Source of the DNA: Rhina ancylostomus
Lineage: Eukaryota
DNA length: 64,000 bases
Assembly: GCA_030265395.1 (NCBI GenBank)
Contig: JARFYF010000094.1
Location: 27,947,262 to 28,011,261, forward strand
Direction of reading: 5' to 3'
This document shows, piece by piece, positions 25,169 through 37,756 of the stretch. Under the pieces are notes generated by a model, which was not told the origin of the DNA, did not search any database, and was given only the letters and a program-made list of their open reading frames with translations. Numbering within the stretch: the stretch's first letter is position 1; the number at the start of each line of letters is the position of its first letter. The position numbers and the translations under genes were made by a program.

Positions 25169-26497
25169 GGGCGTGGAAAGCCACAGCCTAATTAGGGACA
25201 ATCAGCGTGGCTTTGTGCAGGGCAAGTCGTGCCTTACTAACTTGATTGAGTTTTTTGATGAGGTCACAAGGGTGATTGATGAAGGTAGAGCTGCAGATGT
25301 TGTCTACATGGATTTTAGTAAGACGTCTGACAAGGTCCCTTATGGGAGGCTCATCCAGAAGATTAAGATGCATGGGATCCATGGTGAACTGGCCGTTTGG
25401 ATTCAGAACTGGCTTCCCATGGAAGATAGAGGGTAGTGGTTAATGGGACTTATTCTAGCTGGAGGTCTGTGAGTAGTGGTGTTCCTCAGAGATCCATTCT
25501 GGGACCTTTGCTGTTTGTGATGTACCTAAATGACCTGGATGAAAACGTACATGGGTGGGTTAGTAAGTTTGCAGATGATACAAAGATTGGTGGTGCTGTG
25601 GATAGCATAGAAGACTGGCCAAGAAAGATAAGATATCTTTATTAGTCACGTACATCGAAACACACAGCGAAAAGCATCTTTTGCACAGAGTGTTCTGGGG
25701 GCAGCCTGCAAGTGTCGCCACACTTCCAGCACCAACATAGCATGCCCACAACTTCCTAACCCGNNNNNNNNNNNNNNNNNNNNNNNNNNNNNNNNNNNNN
25801 NNNNNNNNNNNNNNNNNNNNNNNNNNNNNNNNNNNNNNNNNNNNNNNNNNNNNNNNNNNNNNNNNNNNNNNNNNNNNNNNNNNNNNNNNNNNNNNNNNNN
25901 NNNNNNNNNNNNNNNNNNNNNNNNNNNNNNNNNNNNNNNNNNNNNNNNNNNNNNNNNNNNNNNNNNNNNNNNNNNNNNNNNNNNNNNNNNNNNNAGGAAG
26001 GATGTCGAGGCTTTGGAGAGGGTGCAGAAGAGGTTTACCAAGATGCTGCCTGGATTAGAGGGCATCTGCTATGAGAATGGGTTGGAGCGGCAGAAGCTGA
26101 GGAGAGATCTTTTAGAGATTTATAAGATTATGAGAGGCCTAGATAGAGTAGACAGCTGGTATCTTTTTCCCAGGGTTGAAATGTCAAATACTATGGGGCA
26201 TCCATTTAAGGTGAGAGGGGGTAAGTTCAAAGGAGATATAAGGGGCAAGTTTTTTTTACACAGAGAGTGGTGGGTGCCTGGAATGCACTGCCTGGGGTTG
26301 CAGAGGAGGTAAATATGATAGGAGCATTCAAGAACCTCTTAAATAGGCACATGAATGTTAGGGAACTGGTAGGATATGGACATTGGTAGGCAGAAGGGAT
26401 TAGTTTAGTTGGGCATTTTATTACTAATGTAATTGGTTTGGCACATTATTGTGGGCTGAAGGGCCTGTTCCTATGCTGTACTGTTTTATATTCTCTA
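25169..26497 (+). mobile_element. 5'-truncated CR1 LINE (RT domain to 3' tail), relatively young
   Basis: QRGFVQGKSCLTNLIEFF, VVYMDFSK, GVPQRSILGPLLF, SKFADDTKIGG and ERVQKRFTKMLPGL. Tail gggcctgttcctatgctgtactgt. Possible TSD TGTCTT at 25163-25168 and 26498-26503. Confidence 0.95.
25630..25763 (-). mobile_element. V-SINE 3' part inserted in CR1; remainder lies in an N gap
   Basis: Highly similar to 45175-45303 (ctttattagtca...catcgaaacacacag...gcatgcccacaacttcctaacccg). Confidence 0.85.
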
Positions 26498-29399
26498 TGT
26501 CTTTGTACAAACTGCAACTCAGCACTGGCATATATACTTTATTGGTGGCTTTGCAGATCACTGTGACCTTGAATTCCTATGCCTCACAGTCATTCCAGGT
26601 TGCAACAGATGGCACCCTCAACATCAATCAATTTGCAAAGCACTGCTGTATGAAATAGGTGATGAATGTTCTCCACTTAAGAACAATGTTCATTTATTTT
26701 CTCAAAGAGAACAAATCAAGAAACAAGTGTTCTGGGCTTTGTCCAAAATATAGGGCTTCCTCAAATGAAGGATATCTTTGATTGCTACATAGCTTTGCAT
26801 GCTTCATATCAAGTACCCAAAGTATATGTCAACTAGAAGACTTTCCGTTCAATCAGTGCATCTAGTGTGTATTTAGAAGCATTGGATCACATGGTTCTTT
26901 CTCTCGTTTCTTGGTGGTTCTCAGATGTATTATCCTGGTGCTTGCCAGTTCTCTCTCTGCTCTACCCAGCTCGTGGGATGTCAAGCTGGGTGCTTGAGGA
27001 CAAGGAACATCTGCTGAACATTTGGCTCATGACCCTGTTCAGCACAGATGTGTGTGCCCACATGCTGAGGAGTACCACAATGAGAACCGTACCCCTATGA
27101 GAACTCTGACTGACCAATCACTTGGCATTCTCAAATAGCAGTTGCAAAACTTATATAGTTATGAAGCATTTTGCAATGTAGATCTGAAAGAGTGGTGGTA
27201 TACTGCATGTTTCCTAACTTTTCCATACAAAGGAAGAAATCCTTACAGCAAACTGGGGAGAACAAAGTGGAAACAAAGGAGCTGGAGGTCAAATGGAAGT
27301 CATGGAAGAAAAGGAAGAGGAAGGCCTACGAATCCTTCTTACAGCCAGAGCTCTCCAGCAAGAATTGTCTGTTAGAGCATGATTTTGCGGCTGTGTGTTG
27401 GGACCCTCTGCTTCTGATGTGCATGAAAAGAGCAGAGAGCATAAAAGATCAGCTGTTGGTAACACAGATTTTCAAAGACAGACGAGAGGTTGTTCAAGGC
27501 AACATCAGTTTGCAACAAACATGACAAAAATGTTCGCTGAGAAATAAGATGAGTTATGTAATCAAACATTATACAGGGCCCATCTCCAGCCTCTTCAGTC
27601 ACACCTACTGATGTCCTCCTATTCACAACTTTCATTTCTGCTTCTTCTAATGGGGCCAATTGTGGATGGATACCAATCATCAACTTGCGCATTTGTTTGT
27701 TGGAACACAATATCAACATCTCCAGCAAGAAGAAAGAGAACATTAGTCTGACTTCATGAAAGGAAGAGGCTGCGTTATGATAGTGGTAATGCTACACAGA
27801 AGGTGGAGAAGTGACAAATAATTGTGGGGAGATTAGCAGGCACCATGTAACAGCAGAAGCTGTTCAGTGAAATATACTGCTGTGAGTGGAGAGGAGTAAT
27901 AGGAAGTCAGTAGGAGGCTGGGCTTTATGGTAGTGCAGGGCCGAGGAGAGATGTAAGTGGAATCTTACATATGAAGTCAAAGTCAGGTCAGTAAGCTTCT
28001 GGTGTTGTAGACAGATTTCTGGTTGTAATGCCTTTCATTCTGATCTGTTCAGTCAACTCTTTCCACTGGTGTCAAGCAACATGCCTTGATATCTTTCTGT
28101 TGCTTGCAACATCACTTTCTTCTTTCTGATGCTGTCTCCATCAGAAATACCAGCATCTGCTAACCAGTAGGACCCTCCTTCCCTGCTGTACTTGCCATTT
28201 GTAACGCTGATTCAGTTAAGCAAATACAAATTGAATACCTCTAAGAGTTACAGGATGCTTTAAACGGCATCACTGGCAACCTGATTCCCCTCCCTGATCA
28301 ATCTGGACTTCTAGCATTTGTGTTTCTGGTGGCTGTTGAACTTCTTCCCTTGACACATGCATGTTTGTAGTTTTAGAGGTTATGGCTTAAAGTTTCATGT
28401 TTGATATGAGGGAAAACAGTTACTCTCATGATCCTTCTGGAAACTGGTGATAGAAATGAGGGATATAGGTTTCCACTAAGTTACATATGAGCCCACTAAA
28501 CCGGAGAATGATGGAAGTTATTGGGAGCTAAAGATCCCAAATTAACAGCGAGCATCGGCTGGCGTTAGATGAGGCATCTCCATCTGATCATTTCAAAAGA
28601 GGTAAATGCAGCATTCAGGCCTATTGTGCCAAGGTTCAATGACAGAAATGGTACCAATAACAGCTATAGTGAAATCTCTGTCCTCAGCCGTCAACCTTGT
28701 CATCCTCATCTCCTTCTTCCAGGGTCAATGTTGGTTTTTTTATACCTGTCTGGGAAGAATGTTACTGTTATTTTTGTAAATGTGAAAAGTATAAGCAGTT
28801 GTTTCCGGATAGGGATTGGGCAGATGGTGGTGAAGGGATATAAAAGAAGTTGTTTCTGAAAACACTTTAAGACAACTATTGCAGCACGGAAAGCAAAAAA
28901 AATTAGCATAAGCAATATTAAAGTTATTTTTATAATAAATATGTTATTATATATAAATGAACAATAAAGTATCTAAGACAAAATTGAAGGTTTCTTCTAT
29001 TGGTAAGTTGTTTAGAACATTTTAACAGTGAGAGGGGCTTTCTTATAACAGGACTACAAATTATGTTTAAATTGATGGACACCCATTTTGACCATTGATT
29101 GTTAATGGATAGAAAATGTAGTCCACAGCATCTACATATAGTCTAACATAAGAAAGAATCTTGCGAGAGCAAATTATGCTGTCAACAATGACAGCTGTAA
29201 TCACTTTGTACTACAGTTGTTGGAGATCTTTTTGATATTTTTGACTTGTTCCCTTTGCAAACTCTTAATAGGAAGAAGCAAAACTCCTATCCTATCCAGG
29301 TTCTCTTTGGTGCACACAGAATGTTGTCTTCTCATAAAGTCATTGGCTCATTTTGGTTTTATATTTAACTAAGTGGTTTTATACCATGTTAGCTGTAAT

Positions 29400-30480
29400 G
29401 AGTAGTATGTTAGAGAGGAGCACCTCTGATTTATGGAATGACATGAACTGTGGATATAAGCAAGCTAGCTTTTGACAGAGGGCAATCTTTTTCTATAGAC
29501 ATGTAGACAAGGATGATAGTGGAGCCATGTGTGACAAAATTGGTGCAAACAATGTCATCTTGTGTTCTGGAGGAATTTATAATCTACCAAAGACTAAAAT
29601 TCTAAAACCCTGTTTCTATCTGTGCATGGGGAGAAGGATGCAAAAGTTACTCTGAGGAGAACGCCTTGGTGATCTCCCTAATTAAAAAGACAAATGGAAT
29701 GTTAGCCTTTTTCTCAGGGGTCAAAGCTGCAGTGGGGAAGAAACAATGCTTCAGTGGTACTATATTTACTCTGATGCAAAATTGCACCTGCTTTGAAAGC
29801 GTTTTTCAACAAAGATGAACATCAAATGAACATACTCAATCCTGCCATGAACCAGTGAAATCAGCCTGCATTTTAAAGAAGATAAAAATATTCCTTAATA
29901 GAAAGAGCAAAGCTGGTAAAGATTGATAGATGAGAATGGGTTTGTCACAGAAAAACCATTTTTAATCAGTGTGTCGATCTACTACCAGTGGGGAATTCAA
30001 TTTTAAATGACTAAAGGTGACTTCTAAATATTAGGAAAATACTTTCTAGTTAGATTTGGGTACAGTGGTACATTTCTTGATAAATTTATTGCATGCCTAA
30101 CCTTTGTAAATATGAAATTTGAGATGCACTGCATGCAGATGTGCTTAAAATTCCATGCAAGTTTGTGAGGGTTACGGTGATTTTGTGTAAATTGATCCAA
30201 ATAAATATGCCAAATGGAGCAGAAAGCCCAAACCCAGTTACACAGAGGTCTGATCAGACACACCTGAGGAAGGATGTGTTGGTTTCAGAGCAGCGTAATT
30301 TACCAAAATAATATCAGGCCTTAGTGTATTAACTTGTAAGAAAAGGATGAGTGTTATAGGCTTCTTTTCCTCTAAAGTATAAAGACTAGGGGATGATATA
30401 ATTGAGCTGTTGAACTCTGATTAAAGTATTTAATAGGGTTGATTGGGTGAAACATTTCCTCAGATAGGCCTAGAAATTAA
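29400..30480 (+). mobile_element. Old fragmented CR1 remnants
   Basis: KKTNGMLAF motif near 29685. RKDV...FTKIISG-like and DIIE-like 3' ORF2 remnants at 30265-30460. Confidence 0.5.
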
Positions 30481-31066
30481 TTCCCCTAATGCTGAAAAGT
30501 GCTATGCCAACAAAATTAGGTGTAATTCAGAGCAGACCTGAACTGTGCTAATTTCTGCACCTTGTGGAAAATTCGACTGCTAATTTTCCATTGGGATTTT
30601 CATTAATGCAGGAAACAGCATTCTGATGTGAAATTCAGCAATGGTACCACATCTGTTTTTAGCCTCCCAGTGTGATTTTTCAACCTTACCTACTGAGAAG
30701 CCGACAGTCCATTTCACTCCCAAAACAACCAGCTTTAGCAACATTGTTTCTCTGGAGGCCATGCCATCCTAAAGGAATAATCAAACTAACTGTGTTGCCA
30801 GCCTTCTGCAGCCTGATGCATACTCTAAACACTGCTCACACGGAAAACTGAGCATTCCTTGCACCTTCAACTGTATTTTTCAATACAAAACTGACTACCA
30901 TCTGGTAACTGTCCATACTTAACATTCTCTTTGCTGGATGCCATAGAAACAGAGACAGCTCAGGCAGCCACACAGACCATGTGGGAGGAAGGACATCATC
31001 CAAGACCTTATCCAATGAGATTTTAAAGGAACCCATATTCACAGCTAAACTCCTCTGATAAACAAT

Positions 31067-31117
31067 TGTTACAGATTAGGTTACTATTGGTGAATGTCCC
31101 TTTAAGATGTAGCACAG

Positions 31118-31187
<70 letters not shown>
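31067..31187 (+). mobile_element. 5' end of an LTR-like element with an expanded (TG)n microsatellite (31119-31187), truncated by a gap
   Basis: TGTTACAGATTAGGTTACTATTGGTGAATGTCCCTTTAAGA matches the start of 35356-36085. Confidence 0.75.
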
Positions 31188-33824
31188 NNNNNNNNNNNNN
31201 NNNNNNNNNNNNNNNNNNNNNNNNNNNNNNNNNNNNNNNNNNNNNNNNNNNNNNNNNNNNNNNNNNNNNNNNNNNNNNNNNNNNNNNGGGAAATCAGAAT
31301 TCAGATCCTTAAGGCTTTAAAGACAAATTTGCATTCAATTTCTCAACTATTACTTGTCACAGTTTGTGTGGAGAAATAATTCAGTGTGCTATAATGCAAG
31401 ATATTTTAGCTTCATTCACACAGTGTTCACCACCGTTAGTTTTCCTTGGTTTAAATTACTGACACTGAATGACAGCCAATATGCAAGGGGGCAGGACAGT
31501 ATTCTCCACTTGCTATTGCACAGGCCAAAGGGGTGGGTACAGAGCTTTGCTATTCAAGGGTAACCAAAATATTCTGTGTTTTCCATGACACATCTTATTT
31601 TAGAAAGATCAGGTTTCATAGCTACATAAATTATATGTTAGTTCAGATAACAGATATCTATATTTACAACACAATATTTACTATATTTTCAATCTTTTGA
31701 CAGATAAGTTTTATTTAGCAAAGATCAACATAAAAAAAGTTAGTGCAATTTTCTTTTGAGCCTTATGAAAGACTCCCATAATACATTGATGTGCTCTCAT
31801 GTCACATTGAAGAGACGTTCAATAGCTAAAGGTCAGAGACAGCGTGCACATAATTCAGTGTTGCAATTCAGCAACACCAGTGAACCATACCATATTTCCT
31901 GACAAATCTACAACATCGTTTACCTCAATGAAATAACCTGCTATGGCTAATAATTGCCAATCATATTATTAGTAGTTCACTAATGTCATAACCTCTATCA
32001 TAAATTAATGTTGAAAATGGAACAGAACTACACAGTATATGTGCTACCTTAAGCATTATGGATTAATTCACTGAGAAGTAACCCACAATAATATCCATAC
32101 TTCTGCATCCAGGCTTTAAATAATAACAACAATATTCATTCATGTTGCTTAATATGCGACACCCTGATAATCTGTATTTTCTGCTGCTGGAGCCTCGGAG
32201 CCTGTTGTATTCCTGCACATCATATGATACAATGAAGTGTGGAAGGACCTGTGGCACTCGGGATCACTGTAAATAAAACATTGGCCCCGTAATATAATCA
32301 GTACCTAAGTTTAACACCCATTTAACATATTGGATTCTATTTATTGAATGGGAATTTGTTTACGACATGCATCAAGCAACTACATAATAGTTGATGGATT
32401 TCATCCTTCATTTCATTATTTATTATATTGTTGGGTTTCCTTACAGCAGCCGCTCATGCTTTCATCATGAATGGCTGTCCTTGTGCATCAAAAAAGCAGG
32501 TGAAACAATAGCAGTTTTAATGCAGAATAAATTTTTCAGATTATCTAAGGATGAAGAGAAGCAAGTTCTCCCCATGCCAATGACAAATATGCTAAAGGTA
32601 AAACAAATCAGGTTTTACCCGAGTCCGAAGGTGCATGGTTTGAACATTAGTCCATACACTCCAGAAGCAGTTCCAGCTCTGCGTCCAGGGTGACGGTCCA
32701 GCTGGGGAAGTTTTGACTATGAGTCTGTTTGTGGGGGCTGAGAAATGCAGTCCCCACCTTATAATTTGGTGTGTGTTTAACTAGCTATCCTAATGGACAG
32801 TATTGTGAAGATGAGAGTAGGAGTGCTAGCATCACCCTCCCATCGACCTACAAACCCTTACACAGCTTCAGAGTCAATAAAGTCTTGGGAAGAAAACTTT
32901 AAAGCACATGAGTAATACCCTATAATTAAAGTCGATGTCATTGAATATTCATAAACTTTTACCTTTGTGATTTTCCTGTTATCTGAAGTTGAAGGAGAAC
33001 AGCCACTTGTTGCTCATAACCAGACAAGAACTTGGATCTTAAACAGCAGATTTCACAGAATAACCAGTATTAAATCGATGAGGTTTCTGACAATATTTGT
33101 GTTCAACTATATTTTTTTAAGTGTTAAGTTACTTTGCATGCAAAATAAATTCATACCTATTCTTTCCATTATATTTACCTGTTTTGAATGTATAACCAAT
33201 GAAAAGCAAAACGGTTTTGATTTCTTCCTGTCATGATCAGGTTACACTCATCGGAGAACCATATACGGTAACAGGAGTTCTACTACAACAAACCATTTGG
33301 CGCATGTCTTTAAGCCATTTTGACAAAGGAGCAAGATGCAAAATATTTTCAAGTCTTTCCAATATCATGTGCTTAATCTGAAGTTTCTGGTTTCACTGCT
33401 GAGGTGAAAGGAGCAGATTGCATTAAAATAAGTGTAGCAGGGTCAGAGGAGTAAGAGAAATATACAGCTACTCAAGGAAACTTGGGGAAGAAGAGGTTAA
33501 AAAGGGATTAGTCAGGCAGTAGTATAGGGAGGTGTAATTGGGTGTGCAGGGTATACTGAAGTAATGAACAGCAGAGCATGTGGATTAAAAAGAGAAGCAA
33601 GTAAAATAGATGAGAACAGTTCAGGAAATGAGTCAAAGGTGACAAAGCCTTGAAGACAATGGTGGCAGTAACTGGGTTGAGAGGAGTGCAGCACATGAGT
33701 GCACAACAGGTGGGCAAAGAATAGGAACCTAGACAGGTGGAAAGAGAAATGTCATTCTTCAGCTGTCTGTCCTCATTATTTTCATGTTTGCCATGAAAAC
33801 AATCGTTCCATGAAAGCAGTACCA

Positions 33825-34085
33825 CGAGCTCTATCCCGCTGTTACAAGACTATGGAACAGTTTCCTAGTACAATAAGATGGACTCTTGACCTCACAATCT
33901 ACCTCACTATGACCTTGCACATTATTGTCTACCTGCACTGCACTTTCTCTGCAGCTGTGACACCTTATTCTGCATTCTGTATTGTTTTACCTTGTACTAC
34001 CTCAATGCACTGTGTAATGAATTGATCTGTATGAACGGTATACAAGACAGGTTTTTCACTGTACCTTGATAATTAACCAATTCCA
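33825..34085 (+). mobile_element. LINE 3' tail (Rex1/Babar-like)
   Basis: ctatcccgctgttacaagacta...gatggactcttgacctcacaatctacc...ttttcactgtacct resembles a common elasmobranch LINE 3' UTR; clade assignment is from memory. Confidence 0.5.
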
Positions 34086-34304
34086 GTTCCCTTCCCTATC
34101 ACACCATACTACCCACCCACAAAGAAAACCAATGCAGGCAAAGAGAAACAGGTGAGAAAAACAAGAAGAGACTGGTAATAACAAATGCAAAGGAAAACAC
34201 AGAACCACAACTGTGCAGAAACAGAAAAGCAACAGCAATACAAAGACAACTGCCAGGTAAGAGAGCCAGCACTGCATCTTCTGATATGCCATATCCAAAC
34301 AATA

Positions 34305-34436
34305 AAATGTTGCAGATGCTGGAAGTCTGAAACAAAAATACAAAATGTTAAAGATCTTTCATCAGAAACAGTAACTGTTTCTCTCTCTACCGATGTTGCC
34401 TGACACGCTGAGTATTTCCAGCATTTTCCATTTTTA
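34305..34436. repeat. Internally deleted copy of the Penelope-derived palindromic repeat
   Basis: tgcagatgctggaagtctgaaacaaaa ... gatgttgcctgacacgctgagtatttccagcatttt. Confidence 0.6.
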
Positions 34437-34934
34437 ACTTTGACTCAGTATGTTCTGACATTCAATGTCAACTAATAAAGAAGGGCATAATAAACAGCAG
34501 TCAGTGATGGTCTCAGGAAGGGAGGATCCTGTCAAACCAGCCACTGAGGAGGTGACAGTCTGAGTGGATTGCAGAAAACTCCATTAGTGCAGCTCAATTT
34601 ATAAAAGGCATGTTAAAGAAGTTCCCATGTGGAAAACACCCATTATGGTTGTTGATCTGTTGACTCTTCATCTCTGCATTCACTGACCTTCAACGGCTCC
34701 AACTTAAGTAACATTGATTTTAAAATCCTTATATGAAACAAAGTGCTGAAAATAAGATTTTTATCCTTTGTTTTCATATCATCTTGGCCTTGCTTCTCCT
34801 TACCATTGTTAACTCCTCTCATTTTACAACCCTCTGAGATAGCTTTGCTCCTGTAATTTTGTTTCTTTGGAATGCCAGATGTTAATCTTTCCACCAGAGC
34901 TTGGGGCCTTGCATGTTAAAGGCATAGGTGACAG

Positions 34935-35355
34935 AAAGTTCTGATGAAAATGCATTGATTTGAAACATTAACTTTATTTCTCTCTCTAAACTTGTTGTCT
35001 AATCCTGCTGAGCATCACTGGCAATTTGACACCTCTCTCCCTCTCCTGAATCTTTCTGTCTTCATCTCAGGAGACAAACTATCTACTGACAATTACTATA
35101 AACTCATTAGTTCCCACAGCTACCTTGGCTACATCTCTTCCCACTTGGTCTCTTGTAAGGTTGCTATATCTTTCTCTCATTTGTTTCTCTAAGTTTGCTG
35201 CATCTGTTCTCAAGATGAGGTTTTCCTTTCCAGGATATCTGAAATGTCATTTTTCGAGAAGCGTGACTTCTGCTCTGTGGTTGATGGAGACATCACTTGC
35301 ATTTTCTCATTTCCCGGACTTTTGCTCTCATCCCACCTCCCCCAAGACAGAACAG
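34935..35355 (+). mobile_element. Penelope-like element fragment: hammerhead-like repeat followed by RT C-terminal coding remnant
   Basis: DTSLPLLNLSVFISGDKLSTDNYYKLISSHSYLGYISSHLVSCKVAISFS resembles PLE SLPFLDLSVSISGDRLSTDIYYKPTDSHSYLDYTSSHPxSCKxAIPFSQ. Confidence 0.85.
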
Positions 35356-36085
35356 TGTTACGGGTTAGGCTACTATTGGTGAATGTCCCTTTAAGACATT
35401 GCACAGTAGTGTGTGTGTGGCGTGATTACAACAGCAATAGGAGATAAGGAAATGATGACGTTTTTGGAGCAGTCATTCAGAGAGAAGAGTCAGGAGAGAG
35501 AGAGAGGGAGAGAGATACCCTGCCTGCTGGTCTCTGTATCGATGGATGAAAAATAATAACTGTGTCTGTCACTACAATCCACATATGGATTTTTGGAATA
35601 ATCCAGTGGAGTCCACTTTGTCGTTAACCTGTAGAAGGAAACAGGTATTTGTGTGGACGGCCACATCTCGAATGCCTTTCGGGGTGGCAGATACTTTGGA
35701 ACAAAGGAATAGAGATCATCAGTGATTGAGGTGTCATATGAGTTCCATTATGGAACATGTGGATTTCGTAATCACTCTCTATTTTCTCTCTACATTTCCC
35801 CTTCGGTCAACGATGGTTTTGCAGAAGCCTTTGCTCACATCTCACCTTATGGCTTGCTGAAATGAACATTGAGAACTATTCCTGGACTTGGAGTTTGTGA
35901 ATTTGCCACACACACACTTCGAGTTTAGTTTTTGGGGTTAATGTTTAAGATCTAACATTTTCACTTCTAACATTCTAACATTTTTACTTTTATTTTTCTT
36001 ATTATCATAAGTAGTTATTAATAAAATAGTTTTTGGCATTTATACATGACTCTGTGTGTTTCTTTTGTTGCTGGCATGTGATACA
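35356..36085 (+). mobile_element. Probable solo LTR (~730 bp)
   Basis: Starts TGTTAC and ends GATACA, with AATAAA about 65 nt before the end. A second copy begins at 31067. No clear TSD. Confidence 0.65.
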
Positions 36086-36339
36086 ATGTCTATGCAGACT
36101 GTGCTTCACCAAGGCAGTCCTTGCTATAATCTGAGACCGGTGATCTGCCATCTGCTGCAATGACAAATAGGGCCTTGCACACATGCTTTGATCAATCTTG
36201 CAGTCAAAGACAAGGTCACTGTCACTCTCAATTTCCTAACCATGGCCCCTGATTTATTCCCCCTCCTCCCCCAATAGTTTGCTGCTCACTGCTCCATACA
36301 GGAGGTCATCTAGCCATCATACACAAGAGAAGAAGGTTT

Positions 36340-36550
36340 AAAAAGGCCTATCACTTGAACTTACCTATCCCCTGCCTGCGTGTGCTCTTCCCCCTCCCCC
36401 CCCCACCTTTTTCTGTCTTCTGCCCTCTTCCTTTCCAGTCCTGATGAAGGGTCTCAGCCCGAAACTTTGACTGATTATTTCCCTCCCTGGATGCTACCCG
36501 ACCAGCACTTTTTGCTCCAGATTCTCGTATCTGCAGAATTTTTTGTGTCA
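36340..36550 (+). mobile_element. Penelope-like element 3' repeat (pLTR)
   Basis: A pyrimidine-rich leader, then cagtcctgatgaagggtctcagcccgaaac, ggatgctacccgacc and ctccagattc...tctgcaga. Confidence 0.8.
36436..36473 (+). ncRNA. Minimal type-I hammerhead ribozyme-like motif (probably decayed)
   Basis: Stem I CAGUC/GACUG; core CUGAUGA (36441-47); extra A; stem II GGGU/GCCC; GAAA (36461-64); C-UUU at the stem III/cleavage site. Confidence 0.6.
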
Positions 36551-37059
36551 AGGTTTAATCTATTCTTTTCAGCCCAGATGATGAGGCAGACCATGCATGA
36601 GGATTTGCTTGTATTTCAGTCTTTCCCAAAGTATAGCTCCCCAAAGGTTTACTCCAGACAAAGATCTCACGACAAAGATCTGCCATGACATTGGAACATC
36701 AGCATGCACACAGAACTTCTCTTCTGGAGGTGATCTCCTCTATTGGAAGCTCAGAGTCCCTGTCAATAAACATGGATCACATTCCCTCCCCCTCCTACCT
36801 CTCTGTAAGCTATCTTTTGCAAATTGTTGCAGCAGTGCTTGTGCGGTGTATGTGCCCCTTTAAGGGCTGGATCCCAAGGTTGCAGCTATGTTTCTAGGTG
36901 CTGAAAGGTATACAATATTGTTATAGGTGACTTGAGTAGTATGTGCTTAAACCTATAAACATGCTATTTCACTACCAAACCTGACAACTCCCTTTAATAG
37001 AAAAATCACAAGCATACCAGCCCCTTGAAAAGAGCATCTCCATGTTGTTTTAGCACTTC

Positions 37060-37540
37060 CATTGGAGATTCACCAGACTGGTGTCTGGGATGGTGGGTTT
37101 GTCAAACAATGGGAGGTTAACCAGACTAGGCCTGTATTCTCTAACTTTACAAGAATGAGGTGTGATCTCATTGAAAATTATAAAATTCTTACAGGGCTCG
37201 ACAGGGTGAATGCAGGGAGGATGTTTCTCCTGCCTGGGAAGACTAGAACCAGGTATCAGAGTACAAGAATAAAGTATAGGTCACCGGATTAAGATGAGAA
37301 GAAATGTCTTAACTCAGAGATTGGTGAATCCTTGAAATTCTCTGCATTGGACAGTTGTAATAGCTCAATCATTGAATTTACTTAATACTGGGATTTCTGA
37401 CATTAAGAGAATCAAAGGATATGGAGATAGTGGAGGAAATTGAAGCTGAGGTAATGGATCAGCCATGTTCTTGATGAATGGCAGTGCAGGCTCGAACAGC
37501 CAGATGATGTGCTCCTTTTCATATTTGGTATGTTCTTAGG
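37060..37540 (+). mobile_element. CR1 LINE 3' end
   Basis: RMRCDLIENYKILTGLDRVNAGRMF, then a CR1 3' UTR ending tatgttctta. Confidence 0.85.
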
Positions 37541-37644
37541 CTGTGTCTAATTTTGAAGTGATAACATATCAGGAGAATTTCACAAAATGGATTTTGGAAA
37601 CATGGTAGTCCCACAATCCAAAAGTGACTGAGACTAGAAAATTG

Positions 37645-37756
37645 AAACAAAATTGAAATATAAACACAAAATGTGGAAAACACTCAGCAGGTCAGACAGC
37701 ATCTGTGGAAAGAGATACAGAGTTAATGTTTTGGGACAGTGACACTTCATCAGAAC
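37645..37756 (-). repeat. Penelope-derived repeat, decayed hammerhead-like core
   Basis: Minus strand reads GTT CTGATGA AGTGTCACTGTCCC AAAA C ATT AAC, then ...ccacagatgctgtctgacctgctgagtgttttcca. Confidence 0.7.

Larger units (their letters stand above)
24960..28200. mobile_element. Decayed two-gene Harbinger transposon: transposase on + (~24960-27400, split by CR1), convergent Myb/SANT gene on - (~27550-28198)
   Basis: Plus strand: QNYLYFSEEQ, ITVTLNSYASQSFQVATDGTLNINQFAKHCCMK, WVLEDKEHLLNIWLMTL (cf. WLLGDKGYPLxxWLMTP), RVVVYCMFPN (cf. VVVCCMLHN) and an acidic tail. Minus strand from ATG 28198: HQWKELTEQI...QKLTDL. Confidence 0.8.

Noticed and set aside
31067-36085. Two same-orientation LTR-like copies 4.3 kb apart as one full LTR element
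   Set aside because: There is no matching TSD, no visible PBS or gag/pol between them, and the interval holds unrelated repeats. Independent solo LTRs are more likely.
36885-36910. REST/NRSE site (TTCAGCACC half-sites on - here and at ~50449; TTTAGCACC at ~24603)
   Set aside because: The GGACAG right half is absent at canonical spacing in all three.
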